Of a stretch of 51,644 bases of DNA, positions 1 to 13,384 are shown piece by piece; the stretch's first letter is position 1; each line of letters begins with the position of its first letter. The translations under genes and the position numbers were made by a program. This DNA comes from Girardia tigrina (Eukaryota). The notes below the pieces were generated by a model, which saw nothing but the letters and a program-made list of their open reading frames with translations, was not told where the DNA came from and ran no database searches. The DNA lies in the NCBI GenBank assembly GCA_001938485.1, contig MQRK01236279.1, forward strand, positions 18,136 to 69,779, in the 5' to 3' direction.

Positions 1-1474
1 TTCTTATTGTTATTAATGTAAATATTTATAGCCTTTTTCAATTCAAATTGTTTGTCTTTTAATACATAACCTATGATATCTTGAATCTGTGATTGTTTTT
101 CTGTCTTGTCAATTTTTGATTCTGAAGAGTCCAGAGCATTTTTGCAAAAGCATTTTTGGCAAAGTAAGGTTATTTCAATACTTAAAATTTTTAATTAAAA
201 TACTTTTGCCATATTACCCAATAATACTTTGATAAATAAAAAAATGTTTAATTTCTACGTTACCTTTTAAAGTAAATTATATTTATTAAAATTGTGAAAA
301 ATTGTATTATTCAAACAATTCAATAAACAATTGCTGATGATGATGTATATAAACATCGAAACATGTCCAATAGTTGTACAAAAAAAGCTTTAATCAAAAT
401 ATATATATATTTGTTTACCTGAATTAAGTTGAAACGTTTTTGTTTAAATATTTTTTATTTAAAAAGATGGGGGCTCCAAAATTTGTGACGGAGTTTTATA
501 TGGGTATAATATTTTGTGCCGAGTTGTGACGACGGGGGAATTGTATGAAAACGGAAAAAAATCGCGTATTATGAACGAAAAAATAATTTTATTGTGCTTA
601 GAATATATAGTAAAAATACATAATAAAAATATGGATTAAATAAAAATTTCAAAAAAAATAGTACAGGATGTAATAAATTAATTTTGGAGTTATTTAATAA
701 ATAAAATTTTGGAGTTGAATTACGAGCTTCGATTTTATGGATAATGAAAGTGGCATTAACGCCACTAACAAATCCAATGCGTCTATCAAGTATCATTTAC
801 AAAGTCTACTAGAAACGTTTACATTGTGGGCATGAAATAACGTGTCTTAGATGCAATTAAAATTCAATAAATGCATATTTTAGTTTTAACATTAGACTGT
901 TTTGAAGAGAAATATTTTCCTTGATTTCGTCCAAAAGTAGGAAGAAATATTAAAACATATAAAATAAATGTACAAATAGAATAATAATTATCTCAAAATT
1001 TTGGTAATTGATATTTTATTTTATGCCAAATTATCAGAGACAGTTTTACTTAAATATCAGACTAATCTAACATAAAAATTGGTTCACGTTTTCTGTAATT
1101 TTTTCTAATAATTATTTAAATTTTTTTGAATTTTTAATTTCTCAAAAATATTCTAAATTGTCAAAAGATATATTTAAAATAATTTTGTTATATTTGAAAA
1201 AAATAAATAACTCTGTTTTCTTTTCGTCAAATTGTATATATTCATTTTCATTATTTTTTTTATTTTGGTAGTAAAAAAATAAATAAATAAAACCTAATTT
1301 TGTTGATGATTTAATTTAATCGATATTTGACATTAAAAATTTACAAAGATATAAAAAATTATATTCTCGAAATTCGAGCATTACATACATTAATTTATTT
1401 TATAAAATATTGTTAGAAGACTTGGAGACCGTCATAATATTTATTTAAAGACAATAAAATGAGGAATATCAGCA

Positions 1475-1475
<1 letters not shown>

Positions 1476-1518
<43 letters not shown>
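1476..1518. repeat. (TA)n microsatellite
   Basis: Uninterrupted TA run; it explains the IYIYIY stretch in ORF 1459..1644. Confidence 0.95.
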
Positions 1519-1522
<4 letters not shown>

Positions 1523-2033
1523 TAATGCCGTCATCAATCTGGGTCAAACATACACTCATTCATTTCGCCATACACACTATTTCGGTTGTGACCTATTGCA
1601 TAACAATACAAAGATCACACCTAGAACATTCCATACAAAAATGACGCAACATACATTTATTAGTTTTGATAATAATTCTCCACACAAATATAGTTTTTTT
1701 CTTAATTAAAAGTTCTAAAAATCTTAAATTTCAATATACGTAATAAATTACTTTTAAAAGATTTGAAGGTTTTATTGCAATTAGTTTTAAAATTATAAAT
1801 GTTTCGTAAAGCATTCTAAACCTTGGTAAATAATAAAGATTTTCATAAACCACATTTGTTTTCGAACTAAAAAGACTACATTAAAATAAACATTAAAAAG
1901 TTTTTATAAGTAACCACGTTTTTGCTTATACTAAAAGGATTAAAATAATTTTTCTCCTATACAAGAAGACAACATGAATACATTTGTTCAAATCTAAAAA
2001 CTTGAAGCGCATTTCACTGATAGTTTACATTTA

Positions 2034-3289
2034 TTAGGTTGTTGCAAAAGCAATGCAGGTTTTTGAACCTAAACTTTAAACAAATATAACTCAGTACAGA
2101 ATAAACTTTATTAATCGAAATAAAAACCATCAGAATCAATACATTTTGGTCAACGAGAAACAAGTTTATTGATGCCCCTAGTGTAGAACTCCTGAGTTCT
2201 GGATGCGATGAAAGCGTTAAAGGCGTATTTGGCGTCGTCTTGGTTTTTGAAGCATTTTTCCTGAAGAAAGTTGTCAGGATTCTTGAAAAAAATGGTATTC
2301 GGTGGACGAGAGGTCCGATGGGTAGGGTGGAGGAGGCAGAGTTTTGTAGCCTTATTCGTTTAGCTTTTGTAGAGTCTGTTTTGTGATGAGTGGCCGGCGG
2401 TTGTCGTGGAAGAGAATTGGCCACTTTATATTGACCAATTTCGGACACATACGTCGAAGCTCGTGATGTATTTTGTCAATTTGTTGGCAGTACTTCTCTG
2501 CGGTGATCGTTTCATCCGTATTCAGAAAGCTGTGACGGATGAGACCGGCTGCAGACCACCAAACTGTCACCATAATCTTCTTTTTGATAGAGTGTCGGTT
2601 TCGGAAAGTGGTGAGGACCCTCATTGCGGTCCAAATATTGAGCCGAACGTTGCAGATTGTCGTAGAGAATTCATTTTTCATCGCACGGCACAATCCGATC
2701 GAGCAATGGGTTATTCTTGTTGTGCAGAAGAAGCGCGGGAAACACATCAAAATGATGATTTTTTTACTTTCGTTCAATTCGTGAAGCACCCATTTATCGA
2801 GCTTTTTCGACTTTCCAATTTACTTCAAGTACCGAGCGACGGTTGAGGGATCAACGTTAAACTCTTCTACGAGTGCTCTAACATTTAAGTGTGGATCGAC
2901 TTCCAGCAGCTCCTTCAATGCTTCGTTGTCAATCGTTGATGGGCAGCTGCCATGAGGCTCATCTTCCATCTTGATATTGCCAGAGCGAAACTTTAGATAT
3001 CAGCACTGCACCGTGCATTGGTAGACACTTCCCTTGCCCAAAACGTCGTTGATGTTTCGAGCGGTTTGAGCTACATTACGCCCTAGCTTGAACTGATGTA
3101 TTGCAAACATCTGCAATAAAGCGAAATTATTAACAAAAGAAACATTATATTAAGTTTTAGACAAATATATCTGAAAGAGTATAAATTAAGCTTTCGAATA
3201 ACTCATAACATCATACATGCTCTAGTTGTATAACATTACGGCAAATACAAAAAAAATCAAAAACTAGGAATCCTTTTGCAACAACCTAA
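2034..3289 (-). mobile_element. Mariner DNA transposon, full length, defective transposase
   Basis: TIRs TTAGGTTGTTGCAAAAG / CTTTTGCAACAACCTAA, flanked by TA on both sides; 1256 bp. Minus-strand peptides include KKIMVTVWWSAAG, ILFHDN and C-terminal KCIDSDGFYFD*. Several stops and frameshifts. Confidence 0.93.
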
Positions 3290-3809
3290 TAATTTAGTAA
3301 CACAAATGATTTTAAATATGTAAATACACTACATATAGAAGATGCATAATACTAGAAAATTTTTGGGTAATTACCTTAAAATAAATTTTCTTAAACTTTT
3401 TAATTGATTAATGTATTGTCATTGGGATAACACACTTAGGAAAATTTTCAGTTCAATTGGACAACGCACAGTGGGCGTAAATTGGATAGAAAAAGAACGA
3501 AAAATAAAGGACCAATAGATAAACTGACAGAGACGTAAGGGAAATCATAAGATTGTGTTTGTAACGAATATTTGAAATTTAGTATGTTGATTTATTATGT
3601 TGAGTTTAGTATTTGGAAATGTGTTTCTCCCGCCCAGATGGAAAATTGGTATTTTGAATATTCGCGATGAATATTTATTCGATCATAGTTTGCATTTTAA
3701 ATTACAACGTAAGATATTAAAAATCTTTAGAATATTAAATCGTTTAAAATCTGAATATTAAAAATTTTGATAAAGTAAATAATTTTTAACTTATTTTTAA
3801 AATTGATTA

Positions 3810-4070
3810 TGTAAAGAACACAAAACCGATTAAAATATATATATTAATTACAGTTGATTGGGGTATAGAATAAACCGACCATAATTATATAGTTTTCCCC
3901 TTTTATACAGGCAATATTGTGCAATATGCCCTAGGGTCAGTTCATGTAATTTATATTCCGGTGACGCCATGGTATATGGAATCACCGAATTTGAACTCAA
4001 GTGATGTCATGAGACATGACATAATTGGAGTTGGATATTACCGAACACGGGGAGAATTGACGTCACCACA
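3810..4070 (-). repeat. 3' LTR of Gypsy element
   Basis: TG...CA termini; direct repeat of 7853-8113. A purine-rich PPT-like AAGGGGG lies just upstream on the minus strand (~4074-4080). Confidence 0.93.
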
Positions 4071-7000
4071 TAGCCCCCTTGGAGAAGAACGGAGTTCGGG
4101 GTTGTTCTCGTCTTGGACAAAACCGAATGCAGGCTTCAGACGCTCGAGATTGATAGTTTGCTCGCTATCATGAATTTTAATTTTTGCAATGTTACCTTTA
4201 GTATGTTTTACTGGGAAGGGTCCAGTGTACCGGGGTCTCATACGGTGAATATCTTTATCACGCAGCCTGACAAATTTTGCCGAGGAGAGTGAATCGGACA
4301 TATGAGCTGATTTCTGAGCTGAGTTGTCGAAAGACGGGTTTCTATCCGAGAAAAGGAAATGTTTTCGGGCAGCTTGCAGAGACTCAAAATAGGTGATAAT
4401 ATTGTCTCTGAAGAGTTAATCTGGGAAAGCTGTTACGGTTCCAAATAACATGACACTGGGAGAAGTGCCTGTAGAAGAATAAAAAGTAATTAGCCAATCT
4501 AATAAAACGAGGGGAAGTAAGTCATGTCATTTGGAGGAGATACCCAGACAGCGCAGAGACGGCTTCAAAGTCCGGTGGAAACGTTCAACTAAACCATTGG
4601 ATTGAGGATGATACGGGGTAGTGGGAAAATGCTTGAAACAAAGGCGTTTTGCCAAAGCTTGGAATAAATTGCTTTCGAATTGTCTCCCTTCATCAGTGAT
4701 TACTTGAGAAGATACGCCATATCGAGTGATCCAAGAATTAATAAAGTGTTTGGCAACATTTTCAGCAGATATAGAAGATATTGAAACTGCTTCGGGCCAT
4801 CTGGTTTTCCGATCGATCATAGTTAAAATGTATGAACATTCGTTTGAAGGTAGAAGGGGATAGACAATATCTATATGAACGATTTCGAAACGATTACCTG
4901 TTGGGAAACTGACAATTATTGGTTTAGTATGTTGTGTAATTTTCTGTTTCTGGCATTCAATACATTCTTGGCACCATGTCTTGATGTCTTGTCTCATATT
5001 TGGCAAAACAAAACGGGTGTGAATGAGTTCGTAGGTTGCCTTTCGACATGGGTGATGTAGTTGGTGGAATGTTCAGGCTGGAAGGAAGAATGATTCTTCG
5101 AACTACAGGATCTCTGGAGTCGTAAGTTAGACCATCACTGTCGGTGTGATGATTTGGGAAATTGGATATTTCTTCCTTGGTTAATTTTTCGGACTGGAGT
5201 AATTTCAGTGTAGAATCAGGAAGGAGAGATATTGCTGAAACTTGGTTCCTAGAAAAGAAATCAACAACAATATTTTGCTTACCTGGTAGGTGAGAAATTG
5301 AAAAATCAAACTGAGAGAGGTATAAGATTTGACGATGTTGTCGAAATGAAGGATTTTTCATTTGCCATAAATGTAACAGTAGTTTGTGATCGGTTAGTAT
5401 CTCGAATTGGCGACCGGAAAGAAATTGAGAAAAATGGGAAACTGCATGGTACATGGCCAAAAGTTCTCGATCAAATGCTGAATATCGGGTTTCAGTGTCT
5501 GAGAGTTTTATTTGGTGCAGCGCTGCACCAATTGGAACATCAGACGCGTCATAGACCAGCTGTAATGGTAATGACGGGTCATAGTACATAAGAGTTGGAC
5601 ATTTAAGGATTTGTTTCCGAATAGTGCAGAATCTGGATGTTAAATCTTCAGTTAGATTGAGGGTCTTGGGACCCGAGGACATAGAAACTAATGGAGCAAG
5701 CATTTCTGAAGTATGAAGTAGGAACCGATGATAGAATTTCACCATGCAAAATTTCACCAAATAGAATTTCACCTGCGGGGTTGTGAGACATTAGCTGGTA
5801 GTCTGAGTTTCGATATTGCTTCTATCCGGTCAGGGATTGGCGAGATACCATGAGAATTGATATTAAATCCAAGAAACTTTACTGAAGTCTGAAACTTTAC
5901 TTTTCTGAATTTCTGTATTAATTTGTAAATTATTCTGATGCAGTCTTGTGAGGAGCTTACACAAAGTTTGGAAATGATGATCTTGATTATTTGACGCTAT
6001 TAAAATGTTATCTAGGTAAACCAAAACACCTTCGAGGCCAGAAGTAACAGTTTTAATATAGCGTTGGAAGGATTGAACGGAGTTCCTAAGACTAAAAGGC
6101 ATGCGTAAGAATTCAAATAACCAAAATGAGGTTATTATAGCGGTCTTTTTGATATCTTCTTCAGCGATAAGGATTTGATGAAAGGTTTTCTTTAAATCGA
6201 TTTTTGAGAAGATTGTACAGCCTGTGAGACGATGGACAATATCAGTGATTAAAGACATAGGATAGGAATTGTGTATTGTTAATGCATTTAATGCTCGAAA
6301 ATCTCCCTACAGATGTCATGATTTATCCGGTTTTTCAACGACATGAGGAGCTGAGGCCCATGGTGAGGAAAAACGGCGGATTATTCCATCTTTTTCTAAC
6401 TGACGGAATTCTTCTTAGACCATTGATCTGAGTTTCACTGGAAGTTCACGTAGTTTGTGATGATTCGGGGGACTACTAGATGAACTGTATAAAACGTTGG
6501 ATTGCGAGACAAACAGTTTGGAGTAGAAATTTTGATAAATGATTGTCTATCGAATTTCCATAAGAAATTTAACACAATTGAGGATAGAGGACCAACCGGG
6601 ATTGATATTTTTGAAAATGAAGGGGCTTGGATGATTTTGTTTGATCGACAGTCAACCAAAAACTGTAACTGCTTAAAAAATCGGCTCCAAGTGGTTGAAC
6701 TGTTTTTGCGACGGTGAATGTCCATTGAAAAGTTTGTTTGAATCCGACCAGCTTAAATTGAAGTGGAATGGTTTCATAAGTCTGGATTGGAGAACTGTTA
6801 GCGGTACGGAGAGTAGTCTGAGGAGAGAGTGCTGGAGACAGGTTTGGAGGAATGATTGAGTGACACGAAATCAATGTTTTTTTGAGGATGGAATCTGTGA
6901 TGAATTGGGTATTGAGCATAAACAAGCCAAAGGAGAGGTCATCTAAACGGGCTTGAGCGTTTAGAGACTCGTTAAGGTTTTTGAGAAAGTATATCCTTGT

Positions 7001-7839
7001 AACCATCTGATTGCTTTTGAGCCGAAACGATTGTGGAAGACGCAAATCGGATCACGGGGTGGGGAGTCGGAATTTGTTGTAAACCACGCACATCCGATTC
7101 AACATTTCTTTACTCTGTTGGAGAATTGGGCATGTTATGAACAAAGTAGGGGCTTCGTTTGTTTTAAAGTTCTTCTAATGAGAGATCATGAGTCAGGTGG
7201 GTCTCCATGAGGAATATCTGATGATTTCTGAATTAACAAGGTCATTAATAAATTTACTTGATTTGAGAGTTCGTCAATTCTAGAACATAAGTGAGTATTC
7301 GGATTATTTTCGGCATTTGTGGAAGTTGAATGTTGGAGAATACGGTCAGCTATTGTAGCTAACTCTATCGGATCTGATTTATCAGAACTGGATAGTATTG
7401 GGTGAATGTATTGAAGAACAGAAGATAACAGAATTTGTTTGACAAGCTCAGTGTTTGGGGCGATACCGGATTGAAGGGATTCCAATTCAGAGATAGTTTT
7501 AGATATGAATTTGGAAGCTGTGAGATTGTCTAGGGTTTGAATTCGGAAATATATTTTTATTACTTCGGATGATGATGGATTGTAGTAGTCAAAGATCATC
7601 TTTTTTTAAGTCTTCATAAGATTTGGTAGAATTGAGGCATTTAATTGAATCTGACCCAAGTTTCTGCAGAAGTTCGACAGGGAGATTACTGAGGAGATAT
7701 TTTGCTTTAGTCGTAGAATTTTGCTTTTGGTTGAAGTTGACTTCGAAGATATTGAACCAGGATAGTGGTGTACCGTCGTCGTTGATGTAAAGAGTTCGTG
7801 GTTGAGGGAGGACGGCATTGGATGATTCTTCAAAAGCTG

Positions 7840-7851
7840 CTTCTGACACCA
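7840..7851 (-). promoter_or_regulatory. Primer-binding site, tRNA-Leu type
   Basis: TGGTGTCAGAAG begins after a 1-nt spacer following the 5' LTR on the minus strand; it matches the complement of the eukaryotic tRNA-Leu 3' end (TGGTGTCAGAAGTGGGAT). Confidence 0.8.
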
Positions 7852-7852
7852 T

Positions 7853-8113
7853 TGTAAAGAACGCGAAACGATTAATAATATATATTAATTACAGTTGATT
7901 GGGGTATAGAATAAACCGACCAAAATTATATAGTTGTCCCCTTTTATACTGAGGCAATATTGTGCAATATGCCTGGAGTCAGTTCATGTAATTCATATTC
8001 CGGTGATGTCATGACATATGGAATCACCGGAATTTGAATTAGAGTAATTTCATGAGACATGACTTAATTGGAGTTTGACATTACCGAACACGGTGAGAAT
8101 TGACATCACCAAA
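7853..8113 (-). repeat. 5' LTR of Gypsy element
   Basis: Direct repeat of 3810-4070, roughly 10% diverged by eye; one terminal base mutated (CACCAAA vs CACCACA). Confidence 0.93.
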
Positions 8114-8295
8114 GATTAAATAAATGTTTTTCTTGAAATAAAATCATTTTAAAATTAAATTAGTTTGTAGATAAAATTATTAACGAAATTAAAAGTAGAA
8201 TTTTAAAAATAAAATCTGAAATTAATTTAAAAGGAAAATTAGTTGGAATAATTGTTTGTCTGAAACATTAGTTACCGCTGACAACCACAGGCAAA

Positions 8296-8530
8296 AACTG
8301 ACCCGTCGAGTAAAGAAGCAGCAACAGAAGCTCAAAACTGTCCGATTTCAATCAGACTCGGATGGTGATGATGACTTGGGCCATCGTGTCTCAGGCATCA
8401 AAATTGGCCGCTAACACGCAGCAAGATAACGCAATCGACATTTTGGCGGTGGACAAATTGTTCAGGCTGCAGATCACTTGCGGCCGCAAATACGGACTAG
8501 TCGAACCCAACGGACATGGGAAAACAAAAA
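8296..8530 (+). pseudogene. ABCF1: ABCF-family (ABCF1-like) ATPase gene fragment
   Basis: VSQA...DNAIDI...LF.LQITCGRKYGLVEPNGHGKT resembles ABCF1 (VSQA...NASDI...[20 protein letters not shown], Walker A). It has internal deletions and similarity stops abruptly after Walker A. Confidence 0.7.
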
Positions 8531-9401
8531 TTTACCAATTTACCAAGATGTCAAAACACGAAAGCTTTGCTGAGAATTGTCCAAAACACAATTTAAATTG
8601 CGATGAAAATAAATGTGTGAAAAACTATATTGGTGTTCTTAATAGTGTTGATAAAAAAATCATTTTCATCCAATTCGCATTGTGTTACACTATTTTAATG
8701 TGTCATGTACTCCTTTATTATATATTTTAATATAAAATGATAATTGCAGAATGCATTTCATAAAGTAAAAAGGATATGAGATTTCTTTAAATATTTTGGA
8801 ATTTAAACGGGTTCTTCATTAGAAAAAGTCGGAGAACCTTTGGTGACTTCCACTTGATGAACGAAAATTTTCGTGAAATAAAATATGTAATGACTGAGTC
8901 TGATACAGAGTTAAGAGAAATATTATATTAAATAAATTCTTAATATAAATCATGTATAAATTTTGAAAAAAATATTGTGAAAATGATTTTAAATAATTAT
9001 AAATAAATTTAAAATAAAAACCACTGATTTTTAAAAAGGAAAGTTACTTATATACTGCCGGTAATGATTACGCCATCAATGTCATCAATAAATCATTTAA
9101 AACCCCTCAATAAAGTTGTCGAGAGTGCATTTTGATCGTTAATTTTCGGATCCAAAGATCTTAAAAATATTGCATCACAATAATATTATTTGATTAGACG
9201 CTAATTCAAATCATTTTCCTTTCTTTAATAAATAATAATTTTGCTGATTTCTATTATTTAAATAATCTTTCATTTATAGTTAATAGAATTCTCAAAAATT
9301 TTACATTTTAAAATTTTTTAAACGTTACAAATTATTTTAAATATTTAATTCCACTCAAACTTACAAAATTATTCAAAAATACATTTACTTTATTCTTAAA
9401 T

Positions 9402-9596
9402 CAGTGATTTCCAACCTTTTTGTGCCGGCGCCCACTTTTAAAAAAATTGGTGCGCCCCCCTTTAAAAAATAAATTGTTGATTCATTTTTTGTGACACCTA
9501 TTCGATTTTTTTGGTTTTTATTCGAAAATGATACTTTGGAAGTATCTACATACCCTCCTTGCAACAGTCGCGTGCCCCACAGGTTGGAAACCGCTG
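9402..9596. mobile_element. hAT (Charlie/Buster-like) MITE
   Basis: TIRs CAGTGATTTCCAACC / GGTTGGAAACCGCTG; perfect 8-bp TSD TCTTAAAT (9394-9401, 9597-9604); 195 bp, non-coding. Confidence 0.92.
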
Positions 9597-9779
9597 TCTT
9601 AAATATTTAATCTGTTTTGGATTTACTATTTTCATGACTATCTGCTTTATATTTTAAATAATTAAAATTTTGATCAGAGAAATAAAATCAACTTACTCCA
9701 AACATTTTGTAAAATTTCCATTTTTTCATTTTCATGTCTAAATTTAGATCATCTGCTAAGATCTCAATTACTTTGTACT

Positions 9780-10181
9780 GTCATTCATATTGGTCTTTTC
9801 CCTTTATATCCAGTTGCAACCATGACTAGCACTTTCTAATTTTATTTGCTTCTGACTCGCAGTTCTTCTATATAGTTTTCTGGTAAGTCTTTATATCTCG
9901 ACGTTACCATCTTTCTCTATATATATTTTCAAACCTTAATTTCATTGGTCTTATTGTCTTATTGAACTTATTGTCTTTTGTAATGTTTTGTTCAGTGTAA
10001 ATTCTATTTCTGATAGTAGGTCTCCCAAAGCCATCCTTGTTTTCTCTCCCCGGGACAATATGATTGTTTGAAAATATCTCTCTACTATTCCATTAGAGTT
10101 ATGATGGTATTGACTCGAGTAATACATTTTTATTTTCATTGATCCTGTCGTTTCTTTAAATAAATTTCCCAAACATATCAA
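9780..10181 (-). mobile_element. Gypsy-type integrase core fragment
   Basis: YSSQYHHNSNGIVERYFQTI...LLSEIEFTLN matches the integrase YHPQxNGxxER region; degenerate. Confidence 0.7.
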
Positions 10182-10409
10182 CGAATTACAAAAACAAATT
10201 CGTTACTTAATGGGTGAAATCATTGAAAATCTCCAAATGTTTGTCGAATTGGTTTAAAACACAATACGTAACCTTTAGTTGACCGTCGGTACATTCCAGT
10301 ACCACAAGTAATTTCTACTGCATTGCCCGTTTAATGATTTGATTCAATTTTCCTATATTCTGTTTTATTTTTAAATTTGCATAATTAATTTAAAAATTAA
10401 AGTCAAATA

Positions 10410-10940
10410 TGGAAAATTCATAAAAAGAAGTTTATGGTGAGTGTTTGGTGGTCTGCCGTAGGTTTTATCCCTTATGACTTCATGAAACCTAATTCGTCGA
10501 TCACAGCAGATTTTTTCAGTAACCAATCAAAAGATATGATGCGGAAACTCAACGAAAAACAGCTGCGTTCTGTAAAGAGGTATACTCCCTGTAAATACAA
10601 AACAACAACTATACTGAAGACCGTGACAAAACTACTGGAACTTGAGTTAGAAATTCTGTATCATCATCCATACTAACCAGACCTAGACCCAACTAACTAC
10701 CATTTCATCCTCACTTGAACAACTTTTTGATAGGAAATAAATTTAATTCCGTAGATTCTGTAAAAATCGTCAATTTATCGATTCTCATCCAACAAATTTT
10801 TATTCAAATGACCTGAACAAGCTGCCAATCAAATGTCGACAATATGTGGGGTACTATAATAAATGACATAAATATTTGTACTGGTAAATTATCAATAAAC
10901 TTTGACCTTAGATCTACAAATTTCATATTTGATGACCTAA
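10410..10940 (+). mobile_element. Mariner, 5'-truncated relic
   Basis: MVSVWWS..., LELEILYHHPY*PDLDPTNYHF; right TIR CTACAAATTTCATATTTGATGACCTAA followed by TA. Same family as the copy starting at 50743. Confidence 0.85.
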
Positions 10941-11065
10941 TATAATATTTTAACAAGACTATTAAAGATTTTTATTTGGTTTAAAAGAAAAATGTTTGGG
11001 ATTAAAACAACATCAATCTGGTTGATGCTAAAACTTTATTTATTTCAAATTTGAATATTAAATTA

Positions 11066-12246
11066 CAGGGTATTGCATTTCTATATTACACCCCTTGCAT
11101 TTCTATATTACACTCCTTGCATTTCTATATTACACCCTTTACATTTCTATATTACTCACAAAAATTGAAAATATTTTTTTATTTAACCCAAATACCATGG
11201 TAAGAAAAGAAAGGAAAACGCTTACAGAGGAAAAGAAGGATTTAATACTTCGATTATCACAAGACGAGTCCATGACTATGAAAAGAATTTCTTCTATGGT
11301 CGATATAAACATCAGGACGGTAGCATCGGTTATCCGGGGTTAAAATAACCCACACCCCGTAATTACTTCTTCTATCACAAGAAGAAAAGAAGATAGCTCC
11401 TCCCCGACGACGTGATGGCCAAGTTGTCAGAAACATCGTGGCTTGTCAAAACGACCTGACTCTGACGGAGATAATTGAAGAATTGTATACTAGACTTGGT
11501 GTAAAGAAATTTAATTCTACAATCTGTAGAAAGTTAAAGAAGCTTGGCATTACAAGGAAAAGACTTTCTTTAATCCCTGAGGAACGTAATTCCCAGGATA
11601 AAATTGATAAGATGTCTATATATGCAAGTGCTATTTCGCAATACTGCCCTGAGAACCTCGTTTTTTTGGATGAGACAGGATTCAATAACCCTATATCGCG
11701 TTATTATGGTTCTTGAAAACAGAGGCACAAACTTCAGCTGCCTCTGTGTTATCTCTAATGAAGGACTGGTCGCGAATGAAAAGCGTCTGGGTGCTTATAA
11801 CTCTGAGTTTTTTAATGATTCCTTGAGAATCACCTAGCTGCCCACTTTAGGTCTAACCCGGAGAAGATTCTAATCATGGACAACGCGAGGTTTCACCATG
11901 CGCGAATAACTATCGCCAAGTTAGAGGAATCAGGTATTACGTGCATGTATCTTCCTCCCTACTCTCTTCAACTGAATCCGATCGAGTAGCTTTTTTTTTG
12001 ATCAAAGACGGTTTTAATGGTATACGTAACCCCGCTAATACTGTCGAAGTTGATCTTGACTCTGTTCTAATGAGTGATTTTAGAGCTCCGTGTCTAGGAT
12101 TTTATGATAATATGCTCAGATGGGTTGAGAAAGCAAGGCAGAGACTAGATTTTATATAATAAACGAATTTGTATAAATTTTTATTTTTTATTTTTTGTGT
12201 GTAATATAGAAATGCAAGGGGTGTAATATAGAAATGTAATACCCTA
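11066..12246 (+). mobile_element. Tc1/IS630-like DD34E transposon, full length, defective
   Basis: TIRs CAGGGTATTGCATTTCTATATTACACCCC with TA flanks. Motifs LVFLDETGF and IMDNARFH...YLPPYSLQLNPIE, with 34 residues between D and E. Stops and frameshifts present. Confidence 0.93.
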
Positions 12247-12859
12247 TAAAAGAAATATTTCTCGCTACAAAAATAATATTCAAATATATCTATAAATATT
12301 ATATTGCTTAATGAATGTCGGTGTTGTCAAGAATTATTCCGATCGCCGCCCGATACTCAAGCTGGACTGAAGCTGTTCCAACTCTGATCTTAATGATTCT
12401 AATTTGCCCAAGAGGATAAAAATATGCAAATAAAAGTGTTCGATATTTCTCAACTAAAAAAAAGTTTAATTAAATTTTTTGGTTTCTGCAAATTAAATCT
12501 CGTTCCATTTTACAGAATGAAGTCTTATCTTTCTCATTAATAAGTGAGGCAAAACTGACAAAATAAAATATATAAATAAAATTCACATTATAATTATTTT
12601 AATAAAATATGAAACCATAATTAGAAATTGATCTTTTGGTTTCAATTTATTTTGTTGAAAGTATAAAATATAAATGAAATTCGGACTTTTCTAAAAACTA
12701 TAAATAAAATTAAATAAATGTTTCGTATTAAACTAATAAAATATAATTAAATTAAAATTTACTTTTTGTTTATAGACGAATTTTCTGATAATAATTTATT
12801 GTTTTTAATGATTTTATCTGATAATTTGTGTTGAATAGTATTGGGTTTATGATTAAAAT

Positions 12860-13380
12860 CCAAAGCCATTATTCGCAAACTTTATTTCTAATACAACTTT
12901 CATTATTCAAAAGGATTAAGAAAAGAGGAATAAGGTTGCGAATACGTTAGTGGCATTTGTTGAATTTCTTCATCATCCATTAAGCCATGATAATGATGAA
13001 TTCGAGCATTATCCATGATAAATATTGGGTTTTAAATACCCTCGATAATGTAGCACTCTTTAATTTCTTTAAGGCATTGTTTAAAGTTTTCGCCATTTAC
13101 TGCTCCTTCAAATATGACATTATACATCATGATATATTTGTTCATTGCCGCGAGTACTGAAATATTACGACTTCTAGTCGCCGGAACAGTCAATAGGGCG
13201 GGTTCTCGTCGACTTCTACCTCGATTTGGACGAGTAACAACAGCAAAGCAAACTTCGTCCAAAATATAAAGTTTTTATCATCCTTAATCAACTTCTAATC
13301 CTCGAAAGTTTGCAGCGAGTACTGTTCTGCGTCCAATTGTTATAGTTTAGTTTCTTCGCTCAGGCACCAACGTAACATTT
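12860..13380 (-). mobile_element. Second IS630/Tc1-like transposase fragment
   Basis: DEVCF...RSRNISVLAAM..., IFIMDNARIHH, PYSSFLNPFE on the minus strand; its 5' part is cut off by the hAT end at 13385. Confidence 0.8.
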
Positions 13381-13384
13381 AGAG

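Larger units (their letters stand above)
3810..8113 (-). mobile_element. Ty3/Gypsy LTR retrotransposon, full length, degenerate gag-pol
   Basis: Two ~260-bp LTRs and a 5-bp TSD GATTA (3805-3809, 8114-8118). Minus-strand domain order is gag, protease, RT (FSKIDL..., VYLDNILI), RNase H (DASD..., YSAFDRELLA, TDHK), integrase (CIECQ, VHIDI, YHPQSNGLVER) and a GPF/Y-like motif (RYTGPF). Confidence 0.95.

Noticed and set aside
1459-1644. 61-aa ORF with IY repeat
   Set aside because: Translation of a (TA)n microsatellite.
3467-3480. Transib-like end CACAGTGGG
   Set aside because: No matching opposite end or transposase was found.
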